Assembly (NCBI GenBank): GCA_964596435.1
Contig: CAZQUK010000004.1
Span: 1 to 29,510, forward strand
Direction of reading: 5' to 3'
Source of the DNA: an uncultured Oligoflexia bacterium
Lineage (GTDB): Bacteria; Bdellovibrionota; UBA1018; CAZQUK01
DNA: 29,510 nucleotides
This document shows positions 1 through 8,957 of this stretch, piece after piece. How positions within the stretch are numbered: position 1 is the stretch's first letter; each line of letters opens with the position of its first letter. Under the pieces are notes generated by a model. It was given only the letters and a program-made list of their open reading frames with translations, ran no database searches and had not been told where the DNA came from. The position numbers were made by a program, and so were the translations under genes.

Positions 1-1
1 T

Positions 2-295
2 CTAAGACTAATTAAAATCTATGAAGAAGTTGAATATCCAATTTGGGTGCATTGCAAATATGGGGCAGACAGAGCCGGGATGGCCAGCGTAATTTATTTA
101 TCAACCATAAAAAACGTGGATCTTAAAATAGCGCTTAATTCACAGTTGACGTGGAAATATGGTCATTGGGCCGTGGGTGGGCCAAAAAAACTTGATGATT
201 TCTTTAATATTTTTTTAAATAAATCCAATAATAAGGATTTTATTTCCTGGATCAAAGAAGACTATGTAGATTACTGGAGCAAATTGGATAATTAG
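2..295 (+). CDS. Protein-tyrosine/dual-specificity phosphatase family protein, C-terminal part (5' end outside window)
   Basis: Frame is open from base 2 (LRLIKIYEEVEYPIWVHCKYGADRAGMASVIYL). It contains the P-loop HCxxGxDRxG (CX5R) signature, so the GTG at 47 is internal. Confidence 0.85.
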   Translation, partial: LRLIKIYEEVEYPIWVHCKYGADRAGMASVIYLSTIKNVDLKIALNSQLTWKYGHWAVGGPKKLDDFFNIFLNKSNNKDFISWIKEDYVDYWSKLDN

Positions 296-307
296 GGGGA
301 TTTTTGT

Positions 308-1099
308 ATGAATGTAACATCAAGGTGTCCACCAAAAGATAAATTAAAAGATATTGCGCTCACAGCGGCACATGAAGCTGGTAAGCAGCTTATGAAGTAT
401 TTTCAAAAATCATTTTCAATAAAAGAAAAAAAAGATGCCGGGTTTGTTACCGCAGCCGATTTAGCAGCCGAAAAAGTTGCAATAAAAACGCTTCAAGCCG
501 AAACACCAATGTTTGGAATATTGGCCGAGGAAGCCGGATCTTATAATTTAAACAGCGAAGGACTTTGGATAATTGACCCTCTTGATGGAACAACAAACTT
601 TTCAAAAGGTTTACCGATATTTTCTGTGTCAATAGCGGCAACCTGGCGTGGAGAGCTTATTGCCGGAGTTGTTTATCATCCGGTTGTGAATGACTCGTAT
701 GTTGCAGTGAAAGGCAGGGGAGCCTTTTGTAATGGAAAAAAAATACATGTTTCAAAGACAAAAAAAATATCAAATGCAATGTTAGCAACAGGTTTTTCAT
801 ATAGGTCAGAAAAATTTTTTAAAAAAGAGATTAAAACTTTTCATAAACAGGTAGGTGCAAGTAGCGAAATAAGAAGGATGGGGAGTGCCGCGTTAGATCT
901 AGCGTTTACAGCAAGGGGGGCCTTTGATGGTTTTTGGGAAAGAGATCTGTCTCCCTGGGATATGGCGGCTGGCGTTTTGCTTGTTTTAGAGGCAGGGGGG
1001 CGTGTTAGTGACTTTTCAGGAGGAGCGTTTGATTTGAATAAGAGGGAAGTTCTTGCTTCAAATAGCTATATTCACACGGAACTTTTAAAAAGAATGTAA
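308..1099 (+). CDS. suhB: Inositol monophosphatase family protein
   Basis: Motifs AEE, DPLDGTTNF, GSAALDL and WDMAAG; 263 aa; AGGGG RBS upstream. Confidence 0.93.
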   Translation: MNVTSRCPPKDKLKDIALTAAHEAGKQLMKYFQKSFSIKEKKDAGFVTAADLAAEKVAIKTLQAETPMFGILAEEAGSYNLNSEGLWIIDPLDGTTNFSKGLPIFSVSIAATWRGELIAGVVYHPVVNDSYVAVKGRGAFCNGKKIHVSKTKKISNAMLATGFSYRSEKFFKKEIKTFHKQVGASSEIRRMGSAALDLAFTARGAFDGFWERDLSPWDMAAGVLLVLEAGGRVSDFSGGAFDLNKREVLASNSYIHTELLKRM

Positions 1100-1144
1100 A
1101 TTATAGGTTTCGCCATAACTTTGACGCTTATACGGTTAAGAATT

Positions 1145-1173
1145 TTGACAATATCGCCAGTAATTTTTACAAT
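1145..1173 (+). promoter_or_regulatory. Sigma70-type promoter for the 1284 gene
   Basis: TTGACA (1145-1150), 17-bp spacer, TACAAT (1168-1173). Confidence 0.65.
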
Positions 1174-1283
1174 ATACATAGGGATATGAGAGCCAAGACG
1201 TTATTACATGTTTGTGGTTCTTGTGGATAATATTTGGACCAGGGAATATTTTTATCCCAGTGGTCTAGGAGGGACCAGATCAA

Positions 1284-2285
1284 ATGACCTCATGGGTATA
1301 TATTTTTTCTCGTTTTACACACGAAGCGTTGTTTTTTGAAATTTTAGCAATCTTATTTTTATTTACTAGCTATGCAGCTTTTTTTGTTTTGAAAAAAAGA
1401 CGTATTGGTTCTGTTAGGGAAACACTTCCTGTTGGCGTTGTGAAAGATTATTTAAACATACTAATCCAAGATGCACAGAGCCTTAGAACTCAATTATTTG
1501 GGCTTCTTGGAGCTCAAGGCGGAGATGTTACCGTGGTGGCAAGGCCTATGGTTACGGCAACGGCTACACCCGGAGCGCCTGCTGATTCTTTAAAGTTTAA
1601 AGAACTAGAAACTAAATTAGCAAACCAGGTTAAGGCTGTTGAGAAGATTACAAAAGAAAAAGAAGCACTTGAAAAAAATTTAGAGAATGCACAAAAAGAA
1701 AAGGGTGATGCAAGTGGTGGTGATCCGGCGGTCACAGCAGCACTTGAAACCAAAGTTAAAGAACTTCAAAGTAAACTTGATGAATACAGTATTATTGAAG
1801 ATGACCTTGCAAACTTAAAACAGCTTCAACAGGAAAATGCAAAACTAAAAGAACAGTTGGGTGGTAAAGCATCTGAAGCAGAGCCAGCGCCGGTAGAGGC
1901 GGCCCCAGCAGAGGATGCTCCACTTGAGGAAGCGGCAGAAGGTACAGAAGAAGAAGCACCACAGGAAGTGGAAGCAAAAGAAGGAGATAAATTTGAGGAG
2001 CTTGTAGATAAAGTAGAGGAAAGTTTAGAGCCAGAAGTCGCGGCCCCGGCAGAGGATGCCCCGCTTGAAGAAGTGGCAGAAGGTACAGAAAACGCGCCAG
2101 TTGAAAAAGCGCCTTTAAAAGCGGCCCCAGTAGAAAAAGCAGCAGCGGGTGCCGAAGTTGCTCCTGCAATTGAAAAAACAAAACCAGCCCCACAAACTGC
2201 TGCTGCACCCGAAGAGGAGATAGATAGTGGTGGAAAAAGTGATGAGGACCTTCTTGCAGAGTTTGAAAAAATGCTTGTTTCATAA
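1284..2285 (+). CDS. Hypothetical membrane-anchored protein: N-terminal TM, coiled coil, acidic Ala/Glu/Pro-rich linker, C-terminal amphipathic helix
   Basis: AGGAGG RBS; hydrophobic segment at aa ~16-35; heptad-like region KFKELETKL...KLKEQL; low-complexity linker; ends SDEDLLAEFEKMLVS. Confidence 0.8.
   Translation: MTSWVYIFSRFTHEALFFEILAILFLFTSYAAFFVLKKRRIGSVRETLPVGVVKDYLNILIQDAQSLRTQLFGLLGAQGGDVTVVARPMVTATATPGAPADSLKFKELETKLANQVKAVEKITKEKEALEKNLENAQKEKGDASGGDPAVTAALETKVKELQSKLDEYSIIEDDLANLKQLQQENAKLKEQLGGKASEAEPAPVEAAPAEDAPLEEAAEGTEEEAPQEVEAKEGDKFEELVDKVEESLEPEVAAPAEDAPLEEVAEGTENAPVEKAPLKAAPVEKAAAGAEVAPAIEKTKPAPQTAAAPEEEIDSGGKSDEDLLAEFEKMLVS
1899..2090 (+). repeat. Intragenic ~51-bp imperfect direct repeat (two copies)
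   Basis: 1899-1949 and 2040-2090 encode AAPAEDAPLEEAAEGTE and AAPAEDAPLEEVAEGTE. Confidence 0.85.
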
Positions 2286-2297
2286 TAGGTTATTTCT

Positions 2298-3074
2298 GTG
2301 AAACATTTTAACAACAAAACTTTTTTATGTTTTATTCTGACCGTTTGTTTTTCTTCCTCGGGGTTTGCTGCAACACCGAATATTTTAAAAATACTTGAGA
2401 ATGATTTAAATGCGCACATAAACAAAAAAATCTCAGGATCTTCATTTGAAAATCTAATAAAAAAATGGAGCATTAGTCCGGGGGTAAGTGCGGTCCCATG
2501 GTTAATTAAGATCGCATCTCAGTCAAAATACGATGACTCTCATCGATATGTTGCTTTAATGGGTGCCGCCAAACTGGGTGGGGAAGTTGTTTTACCAAGT
2601 GTAATTGGTTTTTTACAAAGCCCAAGATGGATGCTCAGAAGTGGGGCACTTAAAATTTTAGCTTTTCTAAAAAGTGAGGTTTATGTAAAAAAAGTGTTTC
2701 CGTTATTAATGGACCCAGCACTTGTTGTTAGACTTGATGCCCTTGAGGTAATACACAAAATTAAGCCAAAAGAAAGTGCGGAGGTTTTATTACAGGCACT
2801 TAGAAATAAAAATAATTATAGGAACGGAAAAGCCGAATGGGTACCATTAAAAGCCCTGGATGTCCTTGTTGAGATTGATAGCACTAACCATGCGCCAGAT
2901 ATTGTTTTTCTGCTTGATTATAAAAAGGATCAGAAATTGCAAGAAAAAACTATTTGGGCACTTGAACGTCTAACTGGCAAAGTACTAAAACCCGGGGCTT
3001 CAATTTTAGAAAAAGTACAAGCCTGGAAAACATATCCTGATTTTAATTTGAATCGAAAAAAATCTGTAAACTAG
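2298..3074 (+). CDS. Exported HEAT-repeat (PBS lyase-like) protein
   Basis: Signal-peptide-like N-terminus; repeated helical units such as FLQSPRWMLRSGALKIL and LLMDPALVVRLDALEVI. Confidence 0.75.
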   Translation: MKHFNNKTFLCFILTVCFSSSGFAATPNILKILENDLNAHINKKISGSSFENLIKKWSISPGVSAVPWLIKIASQSKYDDSHRYVALMGAAKLGGEVVLPSVIGFLQSPRWMLRSGALKILAFLKSEVYVKKVFPLLMDPALVVRLDALEVIHKIKPKESAEVLLQALRNKNNYRNGKAEWVPLKALDVLVEIDSTNHAPDIVFLLDYKKDQKLQEKTIWALERLTGKVLKPGASILEKVQAWKTYPDFNLNRKKSVN

Positions 3075-3134
3075 AACAAGTTTTGTTTGTAAAAAAACAC
3101 ATCACAAAAAATCTTTAACCCAGTATAAAAAAAA

Positions 3135-4547
3135 TTAAGAATTTGATTTTATAAGTGGTGAGAAAACCTTTTCAAAAGCGGTTAGAATGCGGTGTGAATA
3201 GCTTTCTGAGCGCCTCTCTGTTATTTCCTTGACCGGATTAATATTAGTAAATTTTTTAGATTGCACAATTAAATTTACAAATTCTTCACTTATTCCAATT
3301 ACTTCAGATATTAAATTAATTTTTCCAAGACCAATCCTATTTGGAAAGCCTTTTCCGTTTCTTCGTTCGTGATGCTGTTCAACTGCTTGTATTACGATAT
3401 CATCTATACCGCTAATTTCACGTAAAATGTCTGCCCCAGCCTCGGGATGGTGCACAAAACGCAGCCAGTCTTCTTCGTTAAATTTTCGCTCATGTGTTTC
3501 ATCAAGGTCCGGGCATTCGTAGTACATACCGATGTCGTGCAGAAAACCAGCGAGTCCAACAATTTCCTGTATTCGTTCCGATTTATTTCCAAGTGTTCTT
3601 ATAATTAATGAAGCAACAGCTGTAACACCAACGGCATGTTCAAAGGCGGAAAGGTCAGCCATAAATTCCTTTAAGTAATAGGATTTTTCGGTATTTATTA
3701 GCTCAATCATTTTCTGAACATTAGTCACAAAACGAGCTGAGAAGTCTATCAGGTCTTTGCTTACACCATTCTTTTGTAAATAATGAATAGTTTCATTACC
3801 AAGGTTCAAGGTCTGTTCGGCTTTTAATTTTGTGGGGGCATTTTCATTGTTGAGTAATGACTTTGCAAGATGATCACAATAACTTAGATAAGTTAGCTGA
3901 GCCTCTTTTCTGAAATAAAAATATTTAATACCTTTTTCTATGTAATTTGAAAGTCTTTTGGGTTCAAAAACCTCACCTATGTGTACGAGCTTAACATATT
4001 TATTGGTGCCTAGTTTTATATAAATATCAAAAAATGATTTATTTCCATATAAAAACCTTGCCGCTGAAATTGGTACAAACTCATTGTCTTCTGCAAATAA
4101 TTGGGTGTTTAATTTCTCCTCACTTTTTGAAGTAAGTTGAAGCGCACTATCGGCATCAAAAGTGCTTAGCATTGGATTTACAAGCGTTACCATTTGTGAA
4201 TATGTGACTGGTTTTGTGATAGTATTGTGAATTGCGAGCTTTTTAAGATCATCATCGGAAATAACAGAAGTTGAATCGTCGTAGATAATAAAAATTGGTG
4301 TACCAATGTGATGAATATGTGCATAACGAATGACAGAAAAAACGTCAGTATTGGTGATTTTTGAATTTACAAAAATTCCGGAATAAAAGGACTTTGGATC
4401 AGACATTAATATTTGAGCATCTCTTCCACATCTTGCGATAAATGGGGGAATATTATTAAAATGTGGGTCGTCTTTAATTTTACGAACAAAAGAATTATCG
4501 GCATCCACAATTAACGGCGAATAAATATTATTTTTTTTCATAAACAT
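3135..4547 (-). CDS. HD-GYP-like phosphohydrolase with N-terminal degenerate receiver domain
   Basis: FEH, LHDIG, HHPEAG and HHERRNGKGFP motifs. AAGGAG RBS at 4552-4557 favours ATG 4547 (or 4541) over the track's GTG 4586. Confidence 0.85.
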   Translation of the reverse strand: MFMKKNNIYSPLIVDADNSFVRKIKDDPHFNNIPPFIARCGRDAQILMSDPKSFYSGIFVNSKITNTDVFSVIRYAHIHHIGTPIFIIYDDSTSVISDDDLKKLAIHNTITKPVTYSQMVTLVNPMLSTFDADSALQLTSKSEEKLNTQLFAEDNEFVPISAARFLYGNKSFFDIYIKLGTNKYVKLVHIGEVFEPKRLSNYIEKGIKYFYFRKEAQLTYLSYCDHLAKSLLNNENAPTKLKAEQTLNLGNETIHYLQKNGVSKDLIDFSARFVTNVQKMIELINTEKSYYLKEFMADLSAFEHAVGVTAVASLIIRTLGNKSERIQEIVGLAGFLHDIGMYYECPDLDETHERKFNEEDWLRFVHHPEAGADILREISGIDDIVIQAVEQHHERRNGKGFPNRIGLGKINLISEVIGISEEFVNLIVQSKKFTNINPVKEITERRSESYSHRILTAFEKVFSPLIKSNS

Positions 4548-4569
4548 AAAGCTCCTTAAATTTATGAAT

Positions 4570-4585
4570 TGCACATTTAGTGCCA
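4570..4585 (-). promoter_or_regulatory. Sigma54 (-24/-12) promoter for the HD-GYP-like gene
   Basis: Minus strand TGGCACTAAATGTGCA is GG-N10-GC, one mismatch from TGGCAC-N5-TTGCA, and places a start site just upstream of the RBS. Confidence 0.6.
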
Positions 4586-4710
4586 CAGGTTGGTTTTAAA
4601 AATGTCTGAAATTGCAGCAAGTTAGGGATTTATAAATAGCACCAAATTACAAAAATTCAGAAGCTTGGATAAAAAGTCCTGTCTGAATTTAGACGCAGGT
4701 GTCCTTTATG

Positions 4711-4741
4711 ACCCACAACTGGCATCAGTGTTTTTGTGGGT
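4711..4741. terminator. Stem-loop just downstream of truB, possible end of the nusA-infB operon transcript
   Basis: ACCCACAA (4711-4718) pairs with TTGTGGGT (4734-4741), with an inner CTG-gcat-CAG stem. No clear U-tract on the minus strand. Confidence 0.4.
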
Positions 4742-4752
4742 TTTGTATAAGC

Positions 4753-5766
4753 TTACACTAGCGCCCAAGGGAATGTGCGGTCCAATTTCCAAATATTATT
4801 ATCTTTTGAGACAACAGCTATGAGATTGGTTTTGTAATACATTGCTAAAATAGTTTGTTGGTGATTTTCTGTATTGTGTGGGCAAGTTGTAATATTAGCG
4901 TTTTCAATTAAGGAAAATAAAACATTTTGTTTGCCCTGTATGATTGCATCAGCATCTTCTTTGCAAACTTCAATTTTAGAGCAATTACCAAGCAGTTTAT
5001 TAAAAGGAACCCAACAGCTAAGCTCATCCCATTTTTTCCCACATTCCATTGCATTTAATATGTCTTCAAGACTCATGGCGTTTTCAAGTTTTTGGTGTCC
5101 AGCCTCCATTCTTTTTAAGGCTACAAGCACGCCCACTGTTCCAAGTTTTTCAGAAAAGTCTTGTGCCAGAACCCGCATAAAAGTTCCTGAGCTGCATGTC
5201 ACATCAAAATTAGCAAGTGGCCCATTTAGTGAACGAATAATAAAATTACTTAATTTACACGCCTTAGGTTCTCGTTCAATTTCAATTCCTTTTCTGGCAA
5301 GTTTATAAATTGGTTTGCCAAGATGTTTTTTTGCCGAATGCATGGGGGGCGTTTGAAAATATGTGCTATTTACAAACCCGTGAGTAGCCTGCACAAGCTC
5401 ATGCATTGACGATGGTATATGATCAGATGTTTTAATTATTGGATCAGTTATGTCACCAGAAATAGATGTTTCACCAAATTTTATAGTACCAGTATATCTT
5501 TTTTTGGAACCCAAAAAGTATCTTGCAAGCTTAACTCCATTATTTACACAAACAATGAGTAGGCCTGTTGCCATAGGATCGAGGGTCCCACCGTGTCCAA
5601 GCTTTGGTAAAAATTTTTTTGGAATACCTGTGCTTCTTAAAAAATTATTTATTTTTTCAATAACGCCAAAGGAGCTTATGTCTTTTGGTTTGTTTATTAG
5701 AAGTGCACCGTTGATTGAATTACTCCAATGTGAAAAAATAATGGGATTATTTTGGGTCTTTTCCAT
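4753..5766 (-). CDS. truB: tRNA pseudouridine(55) synthase
   Basis: INKPKDISS, GHGGTLDPMATGLL, QTPPMHSAKK and CSSGTFMR motifs; follows rbfA. Confidence 0.95.
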   Translation of the reverse strand: MEKTQNNPIIFSHWSNSINGALLINKPKDISSFGVIEKINNFLRSTGIPKKFLPKLGHGGTLDPMATGLLIVCVNNGVKLARYFLGSKKRYTGTIKFGETSISGDITDPIIKTSDHIPSSMHELVQATHGFVNSTYFQTPPMHSAKKHLGKPIYKLARKGIEIEREPKACKLSNFIIRSLNGPLANFDVTCSSGTFMRVLAQDFSEKLGTVGVLVALKRMEAGHQKLENAMSLEDILNAMECGKKWDELSCWVPFNKLLGNCSKIEVCKEDADAIIQGKQNVLFSLIENANITTCPHNTENHQQTILAMYYKTNLIAVVSKDNNIWKLDRTFPWALV

Positions 5767-6157
5767 TTGGATTTGAAATTTGTTTTAATAGTTCGTGAAC
5801 CCTGTTTGTGTTTTCTAGTCCCTTATCTTCTTTGAAAAACAAATGCGGAACACTGCGTGTATTTAAAACTTTCCCAAGATGACGGCGCAAAAAACCACTT
5901 GCGGATTTTAAACCCGAAAGGCAGTTTTCCATTTTTAAACCAGCTTCTTCATCTGAAAGGGTTGGTTCTCCACACAGGCCGCCTTTGGCTCCGCCAAATA
6001 TTGAAATATAAGCTGTTGCATTTTGTGCATCATTAGAGACCATAACAGACGTTAAGGTAATTTGTGGAATTCTGGGGTCCTTTAATTCGCGTGGAATAAT
6101 TATGGCTAATTCCTCTTTTATTACGGCCTCAAGCCTGGCTCTTCTTGTGGGTTGCAT
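5747..6157 (-). CDS. rbfA: 30S ribosome-binding factor A
   Basis: RLEAVIKEELA, DPRI, SASGFLRRHLGK and RSVPHLFFKED; GGAGG RBS; overlaps truB start by 20 nt. Confidence 0.95.
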   Translation of the reverse strand: MQPTRRARLEAVIKEELAIIIPRELKDPRIPQITLTSVMVSNDAQNATAYISIFGGAKGGLCGEPTLSDEEAGLKMENCLSGLKSASGFLRRHLGKVLNTRSVPHLFFKEDKGLENTNRVHELLKQISNPNGKDPK

Positions 6158-6203
6158 TAAATAAAACCCTCCAGCAGTTGCAAATCCGGTACCGAAATAA
6201 TAA

Positions 6204-8915
6204 TTAATCTGAAAGTTCTGGGGTTATCCATTCAATTTCGTATGCCTCAACAATGTCCCCCGGTTTAATGTCATTATAGTTTTCAAGACCAATTCCGCAT
6301 TCATATCCGTTTGAAACTTCTTTTGTGTCGTCCTTAAAACGCTTAAGAGATGACATTTTGCCTTCATAAATTACACGGCTGTCTCTAAGTAGTCTCACGT
6401 CTGCACCACGTATGATTTTTCCATCAATAACTGATGAACCACCAATTGTACCAATTTTGGGCACGATAAATGTTTGCCTGATTTCGGCCCGACCAAGAAA
6501 CTTTTCAACTTTCTTTTTATCAAGAAGTCCGGTCATGGAATTTTTAATATCATCAAAAAGTTCATAAATGATGGTATATGTTTTTATTTCGATGTGCTCT
6601 GAGGCGGCAATTTGTCGGGCCTTAGTGTCGGGCCTGACATTAAAGCCGATAATAATTGCTTCTGAAGCACTGGCCAAAATAACATCACTTTCTGAAATTC
6701 CACCAGGAGCTGCAAGAATCACATTAATTTTTACTTTGTCAGTAGAAATCTTAACGAGGTTATCTTTAATGGCCTCAACGGAGCCAAAAACATCAGCCTT
6801 AAGAATCACTTTTAGTTCCTTGATATTTCCTGCCTGGATTTTTGCAAAAATATTATCCAACTGAATTTTGCCTTCTATTTCTGACTTGGTTCTTGCCACG
6901 TCTTCACGGCTCTTGATGATTTTTCTGGCATCTGCGTCATTTGCAATATTGTCAAATTTATCACCGGCGTTGGGTGTGGTTTCAAAACCTGAAACTTCAA
7001 CAGCTATTCCCGGTTTTGCCTCTTTTACGGTTTTGCCCCTATCGTCGTTCATTAATTTAACTTTGGCAAAACTTGTACCACAAACCAAAAAATCATTTCT
7101 GCGAAGTGTTCCTTTAAGAACTAAAACACTAACAACCGGACCTCGGCCTTTAACGATTTTAGATTCAAGAACAACACCACTTGCGCGCAATGTTGGATCT
7201 GATTTTAGTTCAAGGATTTCAGCTTGCAAAGAAATTGCCTCTAAAAGTTTATCAATGCCAGTTTGTTTTTTTGCTGAGACTTCAAGAAATTGAGTTTCAC
7301 CACCCCAGCTTTCCGGAAGTAGACCAAGTTCTGAAAGATTTTGTTTGATTTTTTCTGGATTTGCGCCCGGCAGATCCATTTTATTTATTGCAACAATAAT
7401 TGGTACTTTTGCGGCCCTGGCGTGATCAATGGCTTCTCTAGTTTGTGGCATAGGACCATCGTCTGCGGCAACTACAAGAACAACTATATCCGTCACATTT
7501 GCACCTCTGGCACGCATGGCAGTAAAAGCAGCGTGGCCAGGGGTATCTATAAAGGTTATTTCGTTACCATCTTTTGTAATTGTATAAGCACCAATGTGTT
7601 GTGTAATTCCGCCTGCTTCTTTATCAACAACGTTTGATTTTCTTATGACATCAAGTAGTGATGTTTTTCCGTGATCAACATGTCCCATTACCGTTACAAT
7701 TGGTGGCCTGGGTTTTTCGTTCTTTTCGTTAGTATTTTCTTCTGCCAGAATTGTTTCTTCCTTGAAGGCAACATTTCTTACTTCAAAACCAAACTCATTA
7801 GCAATAAGCGATGCAGTTTCAAAATCAACTTCCTGGTTTATTGTGGCCATTTGCCCCATACCCATAAGCTTTTTAATAAGTTCCTGCGGCTTAACTTTTA
7901 AATTATTGGCTAAATCCTGGATTGTGACGTTATCAAAAACCTCAACAATCCGTTTTATGGCTTTAGGGGTAGTGATTTTAGTCTTTTTAATTTCTTTTCC
8001 TAACGGGATTTTCTTCTTCTTGGGGAGGAAAACAACTTCCTTTTTCTGATAATCAGCAAATTTCACATCTTCGGGTCTAAGTTCGGTGTTCTTTCCTGTG
8101 CGTTTTTTTGCTTTTTCCTCTTCGGCCATTAGATCCAGGGCCTGTTTGTTCATTTTAATTATTCTAAAACCATCATCTTTTTCGCCATCTGTTGTTGGTT
8201 TTAGAGATTTTTTTGGCTTTTCTTTAGACTTGCTTTCAGATGGAGGAATAATTGTGTTTATTGGTGGTGCTACGGATTCTACAATTTTCAGGAATTTTTT
8301 ATTAGAATCTTCTGGTGTGGCCGCAGTTTCAATAATTTTCTCAACTTCAGTTGTTTGTTCCCGTGTAACTTTCCCGGTGGTTTCTTCACTGGGCCTTTCT
8401 ATTTCCCCAAGCACTTGCGTGGCTTCTATTTCCGGCTCATGGGTGCTTTCTGGCGCCTGTGTTGAAATTATCGGAGCAGAAGTCGTTTGTGGTTGCTCGA
8501 TAATCTGTTCCTTATTGGCAGTTGCATCAGTGGATTTTTCAATACTTGCCGGGGCAACTGTCTCTACCATTCCGTCTGCTTTTACTCTTCTTCTAATAAT
8601 GGTTGGACCGGATTTAATTTCGGGAGTCACCTCTTCTTCAGCTTTTGGGCTTACGTCTGCTTTTTTTGTGTGCTTTCTGGATATAGTTGCTTTTTTAGCA
8701 CTTGTTTCTTTTTTGCTTTCGGTCTTTTTTGTTGAGGTCTTCTTTTTGCTTTTAAAAGATTTAAGAGTAATTTCCACCTGTTCAGGAGTGAGTGTGCTCA
8801 TATGACTTTTTACTTTGATATCAAGATCCTTGAGTTTGCCTAATAAAGAAATAGAGTCGATATCTAAATCTTTTGCTAGCTCGTAAACCTTTTGGGGTTC
8901 TGTGGTTTTTGTCAT
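6204..8915 (-). CDS. infB: Translation initiation factor IF-2
   Basis: IF2_N (KVYELAKDL), G-domain GHVDHGKTS / DTPGH / NKMD, C-terminal GYECGI. Confidence 0.98.
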   Translation of the reverse strand: MTKTTEPQKVYELAKDLDIDSISLLGKLKDLDIKVKSHMSTLTPEQVEITLKSFKSKKKTSTKKTESKKETSAKKATISRKHTKKADVSPKAEEEVTPEIKSGPTIIRRRVKADGMVETVAPASIEKSTDATANKEQIIEQPQTTSAPIISTQAPESTHEPEIEATQVLGEIERPSEETTGKVTREQTTEVEKIIETAATPEDSNKKFLKIVESVAPPINTIIPPSESKSKEKPKKSLKPTTDGEKDDGFRIIKMNKQALDLMAEEEKAKKRTGKNTELRPEDVKFADYQKKEVVFLPKKKKIPLGKEIKKTKITTPKAIKRIVEVFDNVTIQDLANNLKVKPQELIKKLMGMGQMATINQEVDFETASLIANEFGFEVRNVAFKEETILAEENTNEKNEKPRPPIVTVMGHVDHGKTSLLDVIRKSNVVDKEAGGITQHIGAYTITKDGNEITFIDTPGHAAFTAMRARGANVTDIVVLVVAADDGPMPQTREAIDHARAAKVPIIVAINKMDLPGANPEKIKQNLSELGLLPESWGGETQFLEVSAKKQTGIDKLLEAISLQAEILELKSDPTLRASGVVLESKIVKGRGPVVSVLVLKGTLRRNDFLVCGTSFAKVKLMNDDRGKTVKEAKPGIAVEVSGFETTPNAGDKFDNIANDADARKIIKSREDVARTKSEIEGKIQLDNIFAKIQAGNIKELKVILKADVFGSVEAIKDNLVKISTDKVKINVILAAPGGISESDVILASASEAIIIGFNVRPDTKARQIAASEHIEIKTYTIIYELFDDIKNSMTGLLDKKKVEKFLGRAEIRQTFIVPKIGTIGGSSVIDGKIIRGADVRLLRDSRVIYEGKMSSLKRFKDDTKEVSNGYECGIGLENYNDIKPGDIVEAYEIEWITPELSD

Positions 8916-8957
8916 AAGCGATTACCTTTTGCTCCGAATGTTTTCCGCATTTTTTGT

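Noticed and set aside
1222-1230. Perfect DnaA box (TTATCCACA, minus strand)
   Set aside because: Single copy; about one chance hit is plausible in 29.5 kb of AT-rich DNA; no box cluster or oriC-type gene context.
1514-2473. Minus-strand ORFs of 79, 163 and 215 aa
   Set aside because: Antisense shadows of the low-complexity 1284 gene; Ser/Ala- or Leu-rich, with no RBS or motifs.
4548-4586. Track start GTG 4586 for the HD-GYP-like gene (likewise TTG 16707, 25649 and 29428 for other genes)
   Set aside because: Better ATG starts lie downstream, with SD sequences at 4547, 16722 and 25613; the 4586 extension overlaps the sigma54 promoter.
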